37,666 bases of DNA from Octopus bimaculoides (Eukaryota), in contig NC_068983.1 of NCBI RefSeq assembly GCF_001194135.2, positions 83,150,401 through 83,188,066 on the forward strand, read 5' to 3'. Within the stretch, counting starts at the first letter, position 1; each line of letters begins with the position of its first letter. A program made the position numbers and the translations under genes. Shown one piece after another: positions 37,054-37,666 of this stretch. Under the pieces are notes generated by a model that was not told where the DNA came from, did not search any database, and saw only the letters and a list, made by a program, of their open reading frames with translations.

Positions 37054-37598
37054 ATATATATAACTATATCAAGGGAGAAAGTCGAAACGACTTATCTCCT
37101 CCATACTGAATTAATGCCTAAAACATTACGAAGCTACCGAGAAAATCTCCGTAAATACATGCGATTGTAAGCAGGTTAGTCAAAAGATATTTAAAAAGAC
37201 TCCGCTTGAATTGCGAATTACCTAATTTCAAGATAAAAATCTTAAATATATTTTCTTGTCATCAGCGCAATATATGTAAAAAATATACGAACAAGTGTTA
37301 ATACATACCCTAACAAAGCGAGTTTGCAGATCTATATACAAACACTTGCATGTATAGATTCGAAAAAGTCAGATTAAAAACTTCTCTCGACGACCACATG
37401 TATTTATTTCAAAATAGGACCGCAGAAAATTGCGGGTTTTTTATGATGAGTAAAAAAATTATACTAATATTTTATTTATTTGTTATATTCATAAAAGGAA
37501 AATAAAAATCCCGTTAATGACAAATGCTTTAGACATTAATTCAATATAGAGGAGATAAGTCATGTTTCAACTTTCTCCCTTAATATAATTATATATAT
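37054..37598. mobile_element. MITE-like element, about 545 bp, with about 75-bp terminal inverted repeats
   Basis: 37054-37127 (atatatataactatatcaagggagaaagtcgaaacgacttatctcctccatactgaattaatgcctaaaacatt) matches the reverse complement of 37523-37598 apart from scattered substitutions and a 2-bp indel. Confidence 0.85.
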
Positions 37599-37666
37599 CA
37601 TACAAATTAGTGTACATTTTTGTACACAAACGAGGTGACCTTAACAGGACACCTTATATATATATA

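Noticed and set aside
37420-37442. ccgca-gaaaat-tgcgg followed by a T run, shaped like a bacterial intrinsic terminator
   Set aside because: Eukaryotic context inside a MITE, only a 5-bp stem, and expected by chance.

Overview
AT-rich, gapped eukaryotic genomic DNA with about 4 kb of N. It is most likely an octopus (cephalopod) draft assembly; this is inferred from the tRNA-derived SINE families and the dense compound microsatellites, not from a database search. I find no supportable host protein-coding gene, RNA gene or CRISPR array, and most ORFs in the supplied track are translations of microsatellites or N gaps. The interpretable content is mobile DNA: two dead L1/Tx1-type LINE fragments, three R4/Dong-type (RLE endonuclease) LINE fragments, a possible Penelope GIY-YIG remnant, about 15 SINE copies in at least four families (one chimeric), and three non-autonomous inverted-repeat elements. 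The most notable structures are: (1) a 4 kb train of six retroelement pieces linked by (AAT)n microsatellites at 13.5-17.6 kb, with family-specific strand polarity; (2) a 94-bp inverted copy of nearby DNA inserted inside a SINE at 10.5-11.1 kb; (3) a MITE with a telomeric-repeat palindrome in its spacer at 33.2-33.8 kb; and (4) a perfect 90-bp (AGT)15(ACT)15 palindrome. I did not find evidence for a new protein-coding system. The novelty candidates are structural and mobile-element hypotheses. Family labels A-D and X are my own working names.
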